A stretch of DNA of 64,000 bases, taken from an uncultured Clostridia bacterium. GTDB lineage: Bacteria; Bacillota; Clostridia; TANB77; CAG-508. The stretch is taken from assembly GCA_947591045.1 (NCBI GenBank), contig CANQCV010000005.1:7681-71680 (forward strand), read 5' to 3'. Position numbers and translations under genes: made by a program. Positions within the stretch are counted from its first letter, which is position 1. Each line of letters opens with the position of its first letter. This document shows, piece after piece, positions 11,560 to 20,612 of this stretch. The notes under the pieces are model-generated. The model saw only the letters and a program-made list of their open reading frames with translations, had not been told where the DNA came from and did not search any database.

Positions 11560-12579
11560 TTACTTTACAGTTTCAATAGCTTTTTTAGCATACGAATTAT
11601 TTACAATTACATCATAAGGTGCAGTAGTTTTTAATTCACCAGCCATTGTCATAACTTCTTGAAGTCTATCAAAAGATTCTTTAGTTAATACTGGAGTATC
11701 ATTCCAAGCGTCAATGTCTTTGTAACTTTGAATACTTGTAGCAAGTGAATCAACATCTGTATCTGGGAAGAAATCTTGTATTAATTCAGCAATTTCTTTT
11801 GCAGTATGTGTTTTTGCCCATTGTTGTCCTTTATATATTGCATTTGTGAATCCTTGTATTATATCACTGTTTTGTTCAATATAACTTTTTTTAGCAAAAT
11901 AAGCGGTATATGGTATTTCTCCTGCATCTTTGCCAACAGATGCAACAATGTAGCCTTTGCCTTGTTCTTGTGTAAGAGATGCTGTTGGCTCAAACAATGT
12001 TACATAGTCTGCATTTCCAGCTGCAAATGCACCTGCCATTAAATCGAATTTTATACTATCATCTAATACTAAATCTTTTTGTGGATCAATTCCATTTTTT
12101 CTTAATACATATTCTAATGTCATATAAGGAACTCCACCTTTTCTACCAGGAATAACAGTTTTTCCCTTTAAATCTTGCCAACTAAATTCTTTTGTATTTT
12201 CTCTTGCGATTAAGAAAGAGCCATCTCTTTTAGTTAGTTGTGCAAATACTTCTGTATAATCTTCTTTGCCCTCATTATATACATAAATAGAAGCCTCTGG
12301 GCCTGCAAAACCAATTTCACATTGGTTGCTAAGAACAGCAGTCATAACAGCGTCTGCTCCTTGACCTGTGCTTAATTCTATTTCTATACCTTGTTCTTTA
12401 AAATATCCATTATTGATAGCTATATATTGTGGTGCATAAAAAACAGAACGAGTTACTTCATTGACTCTAATAAGAGCTAAATCAGGTTCAGTTTGATTAG
12501 ACTTTGGTAAAACTATTACCCCAATAGCAATAAGAACGAGGATGACAATACCAATAATTATAGTTATTATTTTTTTCAA
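11560..12579 (-). CDS. ABC transporter substrate-binding protein, NitT/TauT (NMT1/THI5-like) family
   Basis: N-terminal anchor; FYAPQYIAINNGYFKEQG and GGVPYMTLEYVL; lies with permease and ATPase genes. Confidence 0.85.
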   Translation of the reverse strand: MKKIITIIIGIVILVLIAIGVIVLPKSNQTEPDLALIRVNEVTRSVFYAPQYIAINNGYFKEQGIEIELSTGQGADAVMTAVLSNQCEIGFAGPEASIYVYNEGKEDYTEVFAQLTKRDGSFLIARENTKEFSWQDLKGKTVIPGRKGGVPYMTLEYVLRKNGIDPQKDLVLDDSIKFDLMAGAFAAGNADYVTLFEPTASLTQEQGKGYIVASVGKDAGEIPYTAYFAKKSYIEQNSDIIQGFTNAIYKGQQWAKTHTAKEIAELIQDFFPDTDVDSLATSIQSYKDIDAWNDTPVLTKESFDRLQEVMTMAGELKTTAPYDVIVNNSYAKKAIETVK

Positions 12580-12594
12580 GATATAAAAACCTCC

Positions 12595-13405
12595 TTATTT
12601 AAATTTTTTTGTGTGCAGGATAAATTTCTCCAAAAGTAACACAGATGCATACATTAGACCAGCTACAATACCTAGAATAATGACACTTGTCATAACCAAG
12701 TCTAATTTAAACACTTGACCTCCATAAACAATTAAATATCCGAGACCTGCTTTTGAAACTAAAAATTCTCCAGATATAACACCAACTAAAGAAAGACCGA
12801 TATTTACTTTAAGAGAATTGATAAATGTGGATAAATTGGCGGGAATTATAATTTTGGTTAATATTTGAAACTTATTTGCTTTAAAACTACTAGCCATTTT
12901 TATAATTTCTTTATCAGTTTTTAAAAAACCATTTAGATTTTCCAAAATAGTAACAATTAGAGAAATAGCAACTGCCATAACTATTATAGCGGGAGTGCCA
13001 GCACCTACCCAAATAATTATTATTGGTCCGAAGAGCAACTTTAGGAAGGCTGTTTAGTACTACTAAAAACGGCTCTGCAACTTTAGACAAAAAGTCAGAC
13101 CACCATAAAATAATGGCGACAAATATACCTAAGATTGTTCCTAATAGAAAGCCAATAATGGTTTCATAAGTTGTAACTCCAATATGTTTCAACAAATCAT
13201 TTGATGTTAAGTGAACAAGGGTGTTTAATATTCTACTTGGTTGACTGGTTATAAAACTATCTATAATATTTTTTCTGGCTAAATATTCCCATAAACTTAG
13301 AAAAACAACTAATATTAATAATTGTGTTAGTAAAATAAGAAATTTTTTTCGTTTAATTTTGTTTAAATAAGTTTTTCGCTCTAATGAAATTTTGTCTTTA
13401 TTCAT
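12595..13405 (-). CDS. ABC transporter permease (NitT/TauT), split by one +1 shift at CGG 13030-13028
   Basis: ORF 12914..13405 reads LPKVAL-CGG; the +1 frame gives GPIIIIW...GEFLVSKAGLGYLI in ORF 12595..13038. Confidence 0.85.
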
Positions 13406-14165
13406 CTACACCAAGCTCCCTCCATAAAGTATCAAAATATGTGCTGAATTTAGGGCTTTGCCTACAATTAATAGGATTTCTATTTTCCATTTCAAAATCC
13501 ATTGTATGAATACTTTTTATTGTTCCGGGGCGTTTGGTTAAAACCAAAACTCTATCTGACATACTAATTGCTTCAGAAATGTCATGAGTTACAATGATTG
13601 CGGTTATATTTTCTTTTCTTAAAATAGAATAAATGTCATTTGTAACCATAATTCTTGTTTGATAATCTAAAGCAGAAAAAGCTTCATCTAAAAGCAAAAT
13701 TTTAGGCCTTATGGCAAGGGTTCTAATAAGGGCTGCTCTTTGTCTCATACCACCAGAAAGCTCTGAAGGATATTTATCTTTAAAATCATATAAATTATAT
13801 TTTTTTAAAAGATTTTCTACATATTCTTTATTTTCTTTTGCTACTTCTCCTTTTATTTCTAGGCCAAACATACTATTTGATAAGATTGTTCTCCATTCTA
13901 GCAAACAATCTCTTTGCAACATGTAGCCTATTTTTGGAGATATGCCTTCAAGGGGCTTATTATCTATGTAGATTTGACCGCTTGACTTGCTTTCTAGTCC
14001 TGCTATGATAGATAAAAGAGTAGATTTACCACAACCACTAGGACCTATTATGGATAAAAATTCTCCCTCATTTACTTCAAAACTAATATTATCTAATGCT
14101 ACAATTTCTCCTTCCTTACTTTGGTATTTTTTACTAATGCCTTCTACTTCTAGTATTTTTTCCAT
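13398..14165 (-). CDS. ABC transporter ATP-binding protein (NitT/TauT)
   Basis: Walker A GPSGCGKS, signature LSGGMRQR, Walker B LLLDE. Confidence 0.93.
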   Translation of the reverse strand: MEKILEVEGISKKYQSKEGEIVALDNISFEVNEGEFLSIIGPSGCGKSTLLSIIAGLESKSSGQIYIDNKPLEGISPKIGYMLQRDCLLEWRTILSNSMFGLEIKGEVAKENKEYVENLLKKYNLYDFKDKYPSELSGGMRQRAALIRTLAIRPKILLLDEAFSALDYQTRIMVTNDIYSILRKENITAIIVTHDISEAISMSDRVLVLTKRPGTIKSIHTMDFEMENRNPINCRQSPKFSTYFDTLWRELGVDE

Positions 14166-14315
14166 AGTTTTCCTCCTTTATCATTTACCCTTATATATTT
14201 TATGTAAAATATATGAATAGGTGCAAAGGAAGACAAAAAAATCTTGAAAGGACTAAATACAAGAAAAAAAGACGGTTTATTTACCGTCTCTTTTATTAGA
14301 TAATAATTTAAAAAA

Positions 14316-15215
14316 TTATTTTAGATTTCTTAAAGCCTCTATCCTATCCTCTATAGATGGGTGAGTTGAAAACAGGCTAGTTTTACGCCCATTTGCTTTT
14401 GCCTTAAAAGGACTCACAATATACATATGTGCGGTAGAATTATTGGCTGTTTTTAACTGATTGGTATCACTATCTAATTTTTGAAGTGCAGATATTAGTC
14501 CATCTGGGTTTCTCGTAAATTCTATAGCTGTACTATCTGCTAAAAATTCCCTACGCCTAGATAATGCAAGTTGCATTAAAGAACCAAAAATAGGTGCTAA
14601 AATTGTACAAAGTAGGCCGATTAACATTAAAATTGCATTACCTTTATTATTACTATCATTATCATTATCACGAAAATCGCCCCATAATAATGCTCTACTA
14701 ACCCAATCTGAAAGCATTACCATGAAACCAACCATAACACTAACAATAGCAGAAAGGCGTATATCGTAATTTTTTATATGTGATAATTCGTGTGCAATAA
14801 CTCCTTCTAATTCATAGTAATCTAATTTTTCTAGTAGCCCAGTTGTAACACATATTACTGAATTTTCTGGTTTTCTTCCAGTTGCAAAAGCATTTGGCTG
14901 TGCATCATCAACAATATATAATCTAGGTTTATGAGCTAGCCCAGAAGATACCATAAGTGCATCTAATATATTAATTACTTTTTGATTTTCTTCAGGTGTA
15001 GCAGGACGAGCTCTATTTACTGATAGTACGATTTTGTCACTATAATAGTAAGAGCCAAAAGTAGATGCAATAGCAAAAATCATTGCAATTACAATAGAAA
15101 AAGCACCTAAATCAAATGCCATACATATATAGTAGATAATTAAACTAATAACAACTAAAAATATGCTAACAATAACACCTGTTTTTATTTTATTATTTCT
15201 AATATCTTCGTACAT
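14316..15215 (-). CDS. htpX: HtpX / M48 zinc metalloprotease
   Basis: PNAFATG, HELSH, SRRREFLAD, STHP motifs. Confidence 0.92.
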   Translation of the reverse strand: MYEDIRNNKIKTGVIVSIFLVVISLIIYYICMAFDLGAFSIVIAMIFAIASTFGSYYYSDKIVLSVNRARPATPEENQKVINILDALMVSSGLAHKPRLYIVDDAQPNAFATGRKPENSVICVTTGLLEKLDYYELEGVIAHELSHIKNYDIRLSAIVSVMVGFMVMLSDWVSRALLWGDFRDNDNDSNNKGNAILMLIGLLCTILAPIFGSLMQLALSRRREFLADSTAIEFTRNPDGLISALQKLDSDTNQLKTANNSTAHMYIVSPFKAKANGRKTSLFSTHPSIEDRIEALRNLK

Positions 15216-15227
15216 AAAATACCTCTA

Positions 15228-15785
15228 TTATTTACCAAAATCAACTTTTACATTTTTTCTAGCCTCATCACTTTCAGCCTCAAATAAAGCTTCTCCTGTA
15301 AAATGGAACATAGAAGCAATTATGTTTGAAGGAAATAGTTCTAATTTTGTATTGTATCTTGTAACAGTATCATTATAGAACTGTCTTGAATAAGAAATTT
15401 TATTTTCTGTATTTCTTAATTCCTCTTGTAATTCAGAAAAACTTTGATTTGCTTTTAAATCTGGATAATTTTCAGATACAGCCATAATTGTTTTTAATGC
15501 ATTAGAAAGCTCATTATCAAGTTGTGCTTTTTCTGAAACAGTTGATGCATTTGCCCAAGAAGTACGAAGAGAAGTAACTTTTTCTAAAACTTCTTTTTCA
15601 TGCTCCATATATCCTTTTACACATTCTACTAAATTAGGTACTAAATCAAATCTTCTTTGTAATTGAACATCAATTTGACTCCAAGAATTTTTTACTCTTT
15701 GTCTTAATGTTACTAAACTGTTATATACAGAAATCACAAAGATAATTAACAAAACAATAATACCTAATAAAATCCATAACCACAT
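15228..15785 (-). CDS. lemA: LemA family protein
   Basis: [29 protein letters not shown] motifs; lemA-htpX operon. Confidence 0.95.
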   Translation of the reverse strand: MWLWILLGIIVLLIIFVISVYNSLVTLRQRVKNSWSQIDVQLQRRFDLVPNLVECVKGYMEHEKEVLEKVTSLRTSWANASTVSEKAQLDNELSNALKTIMAVSENYPDLKANQSFSELQEELRNTENKISYSRQFYNDTVTRYNTKLELFPSNIIASMFHFTGEALFEAESDEARKNVKVDFGK

Positions 15786-15899
15786 AATTTTTTCCTCCTT
15801 TAATTAAATTATTATATACAATATGTTATCATATATTAAAAATTTATGCAAGATTTTGAAAAATTATGAAACTTACCTAAATAGTGCATTTTGAGCTTG

Positions 15900-15928
15900 T
15901 CATATTTTTGGTACAAGCAGCATATAAT
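15900..15928 (+). promoter_or_regulatory. SigE-like (mother-cell) promoter
   Basis: TCATATT-N14-CATATAAT, close to the B. subtilis sigma-E consensus. Confidence 0.55.
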
Positions 15929-15962
15929 AGTAATATGAAGCTTTTGGAAAAAAGCCCAAAAT

Positions 15963-15991
15963 TTGACATATATTAAATAAAATGTTATAAT
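15963..15991 (+). promoter_or_regulatory. Consensus sigma-A promoter with extended -10
   Basis: TTGACA-17 bp-TATAAT with TG preceding the -10. Confidence 0.8.
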
Positions 15992-16027
15992 ATAGTTGTT
16001 GCTTTTAAAGGAGGGAACAAATTACCT

Positions 16028-17032
16028 ATGAAAAATGATGATAAAGCATCGATATCACTGAAAAAAATAGTATGTATTAGCATTATACTTATTTTTCTAT
16101 TAGGCATCGGTGTAATGGCGGGAAATGTCAAGTTAAATAGTGTTAAAATCATTTTATCAAGTGGTTACGAAATGAATGTTTTAACTACGAAAACAAACAT
16201 AAAAGACATTTTAAATGAAAACCATATTAATTTATCAGAAGACGAAACAGTAATACCTTATAACCAAGAAGAACTTCCCAATAATAAAACAATCACTATT
16301 ATAAAAAAGGACAAACTAGTAGAAACCGCTACGGAAATAGAAAGTTCAGAAGATGTTACAACAGAAGAGTTACTACAAAACTATTCAGAAATAATAGAAA
16401 AAATTGTTACAAAGCAAGTTAAAATACCATATGAAACTATTAAAAGAGATGTTTCAGGAGTTACAAGCTCAAAAACAAATAGAGTTGTACAAGAGGGTGT
16501 AGACGGACTTAAAGAAGTAACATATAAAATAAAATATCAAAATGATGAAGAAATTGAAAAAACAGAAATATCTTCAAAAGTGATAAAGAAACCAGTAAAT
16601 AAAATTATAGAAATAAAAGCAAAACAACAGGTTACATCAAGAGGTAGCAGTACAAAGATAAGATTTAGTGGAAAATGGAGCTATACAGCATCTGAAATAG
16701 ATTTATTATGTGCTATTACAGCACAAGAGTGTAGTTCAAGCTATAACGGTGCGTTAGCAGTTATTACTTGTGCTGCAAATAGAGCTGAAAGTAGTAGATG
16801 GCAAAATAATGGTAAAGATCCATTAAGTCAATATAAAGCAAAAGGACAGTTCTGTTATTCAATTGATAATTATTGGAGAAAAAAATTAAATGGAAATTAC
16901 CCATCATATGTTAGACAAGCTGTAATTGATGCATTAAATGGTAAAAGAAACCACAATTATTTATCTTTCAGAGCAGCAGGCTTTGCAAAAGGTGTTAATA
17001 TAGGTGGAAATGTTTATTTTAACCCAATGTAA
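16028..17032 (+). CDS. YabE/RpfB-like protein (TM, ubiquitin-like segment, G5 domain) with a C-terminal SleB-like cell wall hydrolase domain
   Basis: G5: VVQEGVDGLKEVTYK...PVNKIIEI. C-terminus DLLCAITAQE...ALAVITCAANR...GQF resembles Hydrolase_2. Confidence 0.7.
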   Translation: MKNDDKASISLKKIVCISIILIFLLGIGVMAGNVKLNSVKIILSSGYEMNVLTTKTNIKDILNENHINLSEDETVIPYNQEELPNNKTITIIKKDKLVETATEIESSEDVTTEELLQNYSEIIEKIVTKQVKIPYETIKRDVSGVTSSKTNRVVQEGVDGLKEVTYKIKYQNDEEIEKTEISSKVIKKPVNKIIEIKAKQQVTSRGSSTKIRFSGKWSYTASEIDLLCAITAQECSSSYNGALAVITCAANRAESSRWQNNGKDPLSQYKAKGQFCYSIDNYWRKKLNGNYPSYVRQAVIDALNGKRNHNYLSFRAAGFAKGVNIGGNVYFNPM

Positions 17033-17045
17033 AAATGTAAATTAG

Positions 17046-17077
17046 AAACCAAACTAAAGTTGTTAGTTTGGTTTTTT
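17046..17077 (+). terminator. Intrinsic terminator
   Basis: aaaccaaactaa...ttagtttggtttttt. Confidence 0.75.
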
Positions 17078-17081
17078 CTTA

Positions 17082-17116
17082 TTGTATAGGAAAAATCAAG
17101 GATTTTTCCTATACAA
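17082..17116. repeat. Perfect 16-bp inverted repeat upstream of xth
   Basis: ttgtataggaaaaatc-aag-gatttttcctatacaa. Confidence 0.8.
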
Positions 17117-17221
17117 CAAGGTTAAGTTACATTGGTCTGTGCATATTTGTAAAACCTATAATTGAAAAATAAGTAGTTATATGATATAGTAGACATTAGT
17201 AAAATGGAAGGATGTAAAAAA

Positions 17222-17992
17222 ATGAAGTTAATTTCATGGAATGTAAATGGCTTAAGAGCAGTTGTAACAAAGGGATTTGAAGATTTTTTTAAAACAATAG
17301 ATGCAGATATATTTTGTATTCAAGAAACAAAGATGCAAATTGAACAAATTGATATAAATATGCAAATGTTATTTAAAAATTATCATTCTTATTGGAATAG
17401 TGCTGTAAAGAAAGGTTATTCAGGAACAGCAGTCTTTTCAAAAGTAGAGCCTTTAAATGTTAGTTATGGAATAGGAATAGAAGAACATGATAGCGAGGGT
17501 AGAGTAATTACTTTGGAGTTTAATGATTTTTATTTGGTAAATTGTTATACGCCAAATTCAAAAAGAGAACTTGAAAGATTAGATTACAGAATGATTTGGG
17601 AGGACGAGTTTAGAAATTATTTATTAAAATTAGATAAAATAAAACCTGTTATTTTATGTGGTGACTTAAATGTAGCCCATGAGGAAATAGATTTAAAAAA
17701 TCCAAAGACGAATCATAGAAATGCAGGTTTTACAGATGAAGAAAGAGATAAAATGACAAAGCTATTAAATTCAGGCTTTACCGATAGTTTTCGCTATTTA
17801 TACCCAGACAAGGAAAATTGCTATTCTTGGTGGTCTTATATGGCAAATGCAAGGCAAAAAGATATTGGGTGGAGAATTGATTATTTTATTGTTTCTAAAT
17901 CAATTGAGAAAAGAATTAAAGAAAGTACAATATATAAAGAAGTTATGGGTAGTGATCATTGCCCAGTAGGACTTGAAATAGAACTAATATAG
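17222..17992 (+). CDS. xth: Exodeoxyribonuclease III
   Basis: SWNVNGLRA, QETK, GDLNVAH, GWRIDYF, SDHCP motifs. Confidence 0.95.
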   Translation: MKLISWNVNGLRAVVTKGFEDFFKTIDADIFCIQETKMQIEQIDINMQMLFKNYHSYWNSAVKKGYSGTAVFSKVEPLNVSYGIGIEEHDSEGRVITLEFNDFYLVNCYTPNSKRELERLDYRMIWEDEFRNYLLKLDKIKPVILCGDLNVAHEEIDLKNPKTNHRNAGFTDEERDKMTKLLNSGFTDSFRYLYPDKENCYSWWSYMANARQKDIGWRIDYFIVSKSIEKRIKESTIYKEVMGSDHCPVGLEIELI

Positions 17993-18016
17993 GAATGAAA
18001 GGAGAAATTAAATAAT

Positions 18017-19147
18017 ATGGAGGAAAAAAAGCGTACTATTACAAAGTGGTTATATTGGTTTTTATTTGCAGTTGCAGTTATTGCAGTATATAAAACACTT
18101 GATAATTTTGGAGCAATAGGAGATTGGCTAAGAAACTTATTTGAAGTGTTAATGCCATTTATTATTGGAATATTAATAGCATATGTTTTGTATATTCCAT
18201 CTTTAAAAATTGAAAACATGTACAAAAAAATAGCAAAACCAAAAATCATTGCAAAAAAGGCAAGGTCTCTTTCTGTTTTTACAGTATATCTTATTGCAAT
18301 AATTCTTATTGTTATTTCTATAAATTTTTTAATACCGGTTATAATAAGCAGTGTTACAGATTTAGCAAATAATTTTCAAGGATATTATAATATAATGATA
18401 AATAACTTTGATAATTTGCCTGAAGATTCTTTTTTAAAGAATGATTTAGTAATAGATGTTATAAATTCAATTAGAAACATTGATTTTAAAGAATTCATTA
18501 ATATTGAAAAACTTGCAGAATATGCAAAAGGAGCAATTAATTTTGCAACTAAAATATTTGACTTTTTTGTTTCAATTATAGTATCAGTGTATATTTTACT
18601 ACAAAGAACAGAAATTTTAACCTTTTTTAAAAAATTAGGTAAAGCTATGTTTAAAGAAAATACATATAACAGTATGGGAAAATATTTTAATAGAACAAAT
18701 AATATATTCTTTAACTTTTTAGCAGGGCAGTTTATAGATGGAGTTGTTGTAGGTATTATTACATCAATTGCTATGTCTATAATGGGAGTAAAATATTCTG
18801 TACTTTTAGGCTTTATGATAGGCTTATTTAATATGATACCATACTTTGGTGCTATTATTGCAGTGGTTATTGCAACTCTTATTACTATACTAACAGGAGG
18901 ACTAGGACAAGCTATTACAATGGTAATAGTTGTTACTATTTTGCAACAAGTTGATGCTAATATTATTAACCCAAAAATCATTGGAAGTTCACTAAAAATT
19001 AGTCCTCTATTAGTTATTTTAGGAGTTACTGTTGGAGGAGCATATTTTGGAGTTTTAGGAATGTTTTTAGCAGTTCCAATTATAGCAGTATTAAAATTAG
19101 TAATTACAGATTATATTGAATACAAAAATAAAATAAAAGATATATAA
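18017..19147 (+). CDS. AI-2E family transporter
   Basis: Multi-TM; NMIPYFG, QQVDANIINPKIIG and GMFLAVP motifs. Confidence 0.9.
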   Translation: MEEKKRTITKWLYWFLFAVAVIAVYKTLDNFGAIGDWLRNLFEVLMPFIIGILIAYVLYIPSLKIENMYKKIAKPKIIAKKARSLSVFTVYLIAIILIVISINFLIPVIISSVTDLANNFQGYYNIMINNFDNLPEDSFLKNDLVIDVINSIRNIDFKEFINIEKLAEYAKGAINFATKIFDFFVSIIVSVYILLQRTEILTFFKKLGKAMFKENTYNSMGKYFNRTNNIFFNFLAGQFIDGVVVGIITSIAMSIMGVKYSVLLGFMIGLFNMIPYFGAIIAVVIATLITILTGGLGQAITMVIVVTILQQVDANIINPKIIGSSLKISPLLVILGVTVGGAYFGVLGMFLAVPIIAVLKLVITDYIEYKNKIKDI

Positions 19148-19161
19148 TTTTTATGGAGCAA

Positions 19162-19219
19162 AAAACAGGGCTTAAATATGTGATTTTTAAATGGAATCAT
19201 ATATTTAAGCCCTGTTTTG
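19162..19219. terminator. Long bidirectional terminator hairpin
   Basis: aaaacagggcttaaatat...atatttaagccctgtttt between convergent genes. Confidence 0.75.
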
Positions 19220-19241
19220 TACTTTAAACAGAATTTAAGAT

Positions 19242-19664
19242 TTAAGAAGACAATTTCGCTAACTTGCGAGAATGTTCTTTTGCTTTATCTTCTAGAATAG
19301 AAATTTTTAAAGAATTTTGGTCTGAAATATTTTCAACATTTGTAATTCTAGCATTAAATTCGTCATGTTTATCTTGGTTTAAAGAATATGCATCAAAAAG
19401 TGCAGGAATTTTATTTGTAACTGCATCTTCTATAAGGAATAGTGTTCTCTTTAAACTCTTAATATCATCTGAATGTTCACCTAATATTTTAGAATGCTCA
19501 TCTAATTTTTTAGAATGCTCACCTAACATTTTAGAATGCTCGTCTAATATTCTTGTATGTTCATCTAATATTCTAGTATGCTCATTTAATATTTTAGTAT
19601 GCCCATTTACTATTTCGCGTATTTCTAGAAGTAATTTTGTATTTTGATCTACCATATAACTCAC
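19242..19664 (-). CDS. Small coiled-coil protein with seven heptad repeats (21-bp tandem repeat about 19471-19604)
   Basis: GHTKIL NEHTRIL DEHTRIL DEHSKML GEHSKKL DEHSKIL GEHS; RBS AGGAGGTG. Confidence 0.75.
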   Translation of the reverse strand: MSYMVDQNTKLLLEIREIVNGHTKILNEHTRILDEHTRILDEHSKMLGEHSKKLDEHSKILGEHSDDIKSLKRTLFLIEDAVTNKIPALFDAYSLNQDKHDEFNARITNVENISDQNSLKISILEDKAKEHSRKLAKLSS

Positions 19665-19737
19665 CTCCTTAAAATTAATTTATGGGTAAATTATACCATC
19701 TACATTTTTCAAAAGCAATAGAAATAAAAAATAATAT

Positions 19738-19754
19738 TTCGACATTTTTCGACA
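19738..19754 (-). promoter_or_regulatory. Tandem perfect Spo0A boxes
   Basis: TTCGACA at 19738 and 19748 (TGTCGAA on the minus strand), 10-bp spacing, in a divergent promoter region. Confidence 0.55.
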
Positions 19755-19890
19755 TGCATAGATAAAATAGTTAATAAAACTTTAAGATTTTAATTATATT
19801 TTTCTTAATAATTATGTGTTATATTAAGCATTATAAAAATATGCTATAATATTTTTAAAGTAAATGTGGCTCTAAAAGGGGGATAGAATT

Positions 19891-20598
19891 ATGTATAAGA
19901 TTTTAGTAGTAGATGACGATAAAGAGATAGTAAAAGCCATAGATATTTATCTTAGCAAAGAGGGTTATCAAATTTTAAAAGCATATAACGGAAAACAGGC
20001 ATTAGAGATAATAGAGAAAAATAGTGATATTCATCTTATTATTTTAGATATCATGATGCCAGAATTAGATGGAATTGAAGTAGCCAATATAATTAGAAAA
20101 GACAAAGCAATTCCTATTATTATGCTATCTGCAAAGTCAGAAGATTATGACAAAATAGCAGGCTTAAATAATGGGGCAGATGATTACATAACAAAACCAT
20201 TTAATCCATTAGAGTTAATTGCAAGAGTAAACTCACAAATTAGAAGATATACTCATTTAGGTTCAATAGTAGGAAAGCAAAAAGAAGAGCAAAATATTTA
20301 TTATACAGGAGATTTATATATTAATGATGATACAAAACAAGTTACAGTAGATGGAAAAGAAATAAAGCTAACACCAACAGAATATAACATTTTAAAATTT
20401 TTGACAAAACATAAAGGAATAGTTTATTCGATAGAGCAAATTTATGAAAATGTGTGGGAAGAAGAAAGTTATGGAGCTGAAAATATTATAGCAGTTCATA
20501 TAAGACACATAAGAGAAAAAATAGAAATAAATCCTCGTGAACCGAAGTATTTAAAAGTAATTTGGGGAGTAGGATATAAAATTGAAAAATTAGATTAG
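19891..20598 (+). CDS. OmpR-family response regulator
   Basis: LVVDDD, LDIMMP, GADDYITKPF receiver motifs; winged-helix C-terminus. Confidence 0.95.
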   Translation: MYKILVVDDDKEIVKAIDIYLSKEGYQILKAYNGKQALEIIEKNSDIHLIILDIMMPELDGIEVANIIRKDKAIPIIMLSAKSEDYDKIAGLNNGADDYITKPFNPLELIARVNSQIRRYTHLGSIVGKQKEEQNIYYTGDLYINDDTKQVTVDGKEIKLTPTEYNILKFLTKHKGIVYSIEQIYENVWEEESYGAENIIAVHIRHIREKIEINPREPKYLKVIWGVGYKIEKLD

Positions 20599-20612
20599 AA
20601 AGGAGCAAAAAA

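Noticed and set aside
19264-19647. Plus-strand 127-aa ORF with ECS repeats
   Set aside because: Antisense shadow of the 21-bp repeat gene, which has the strong RBS
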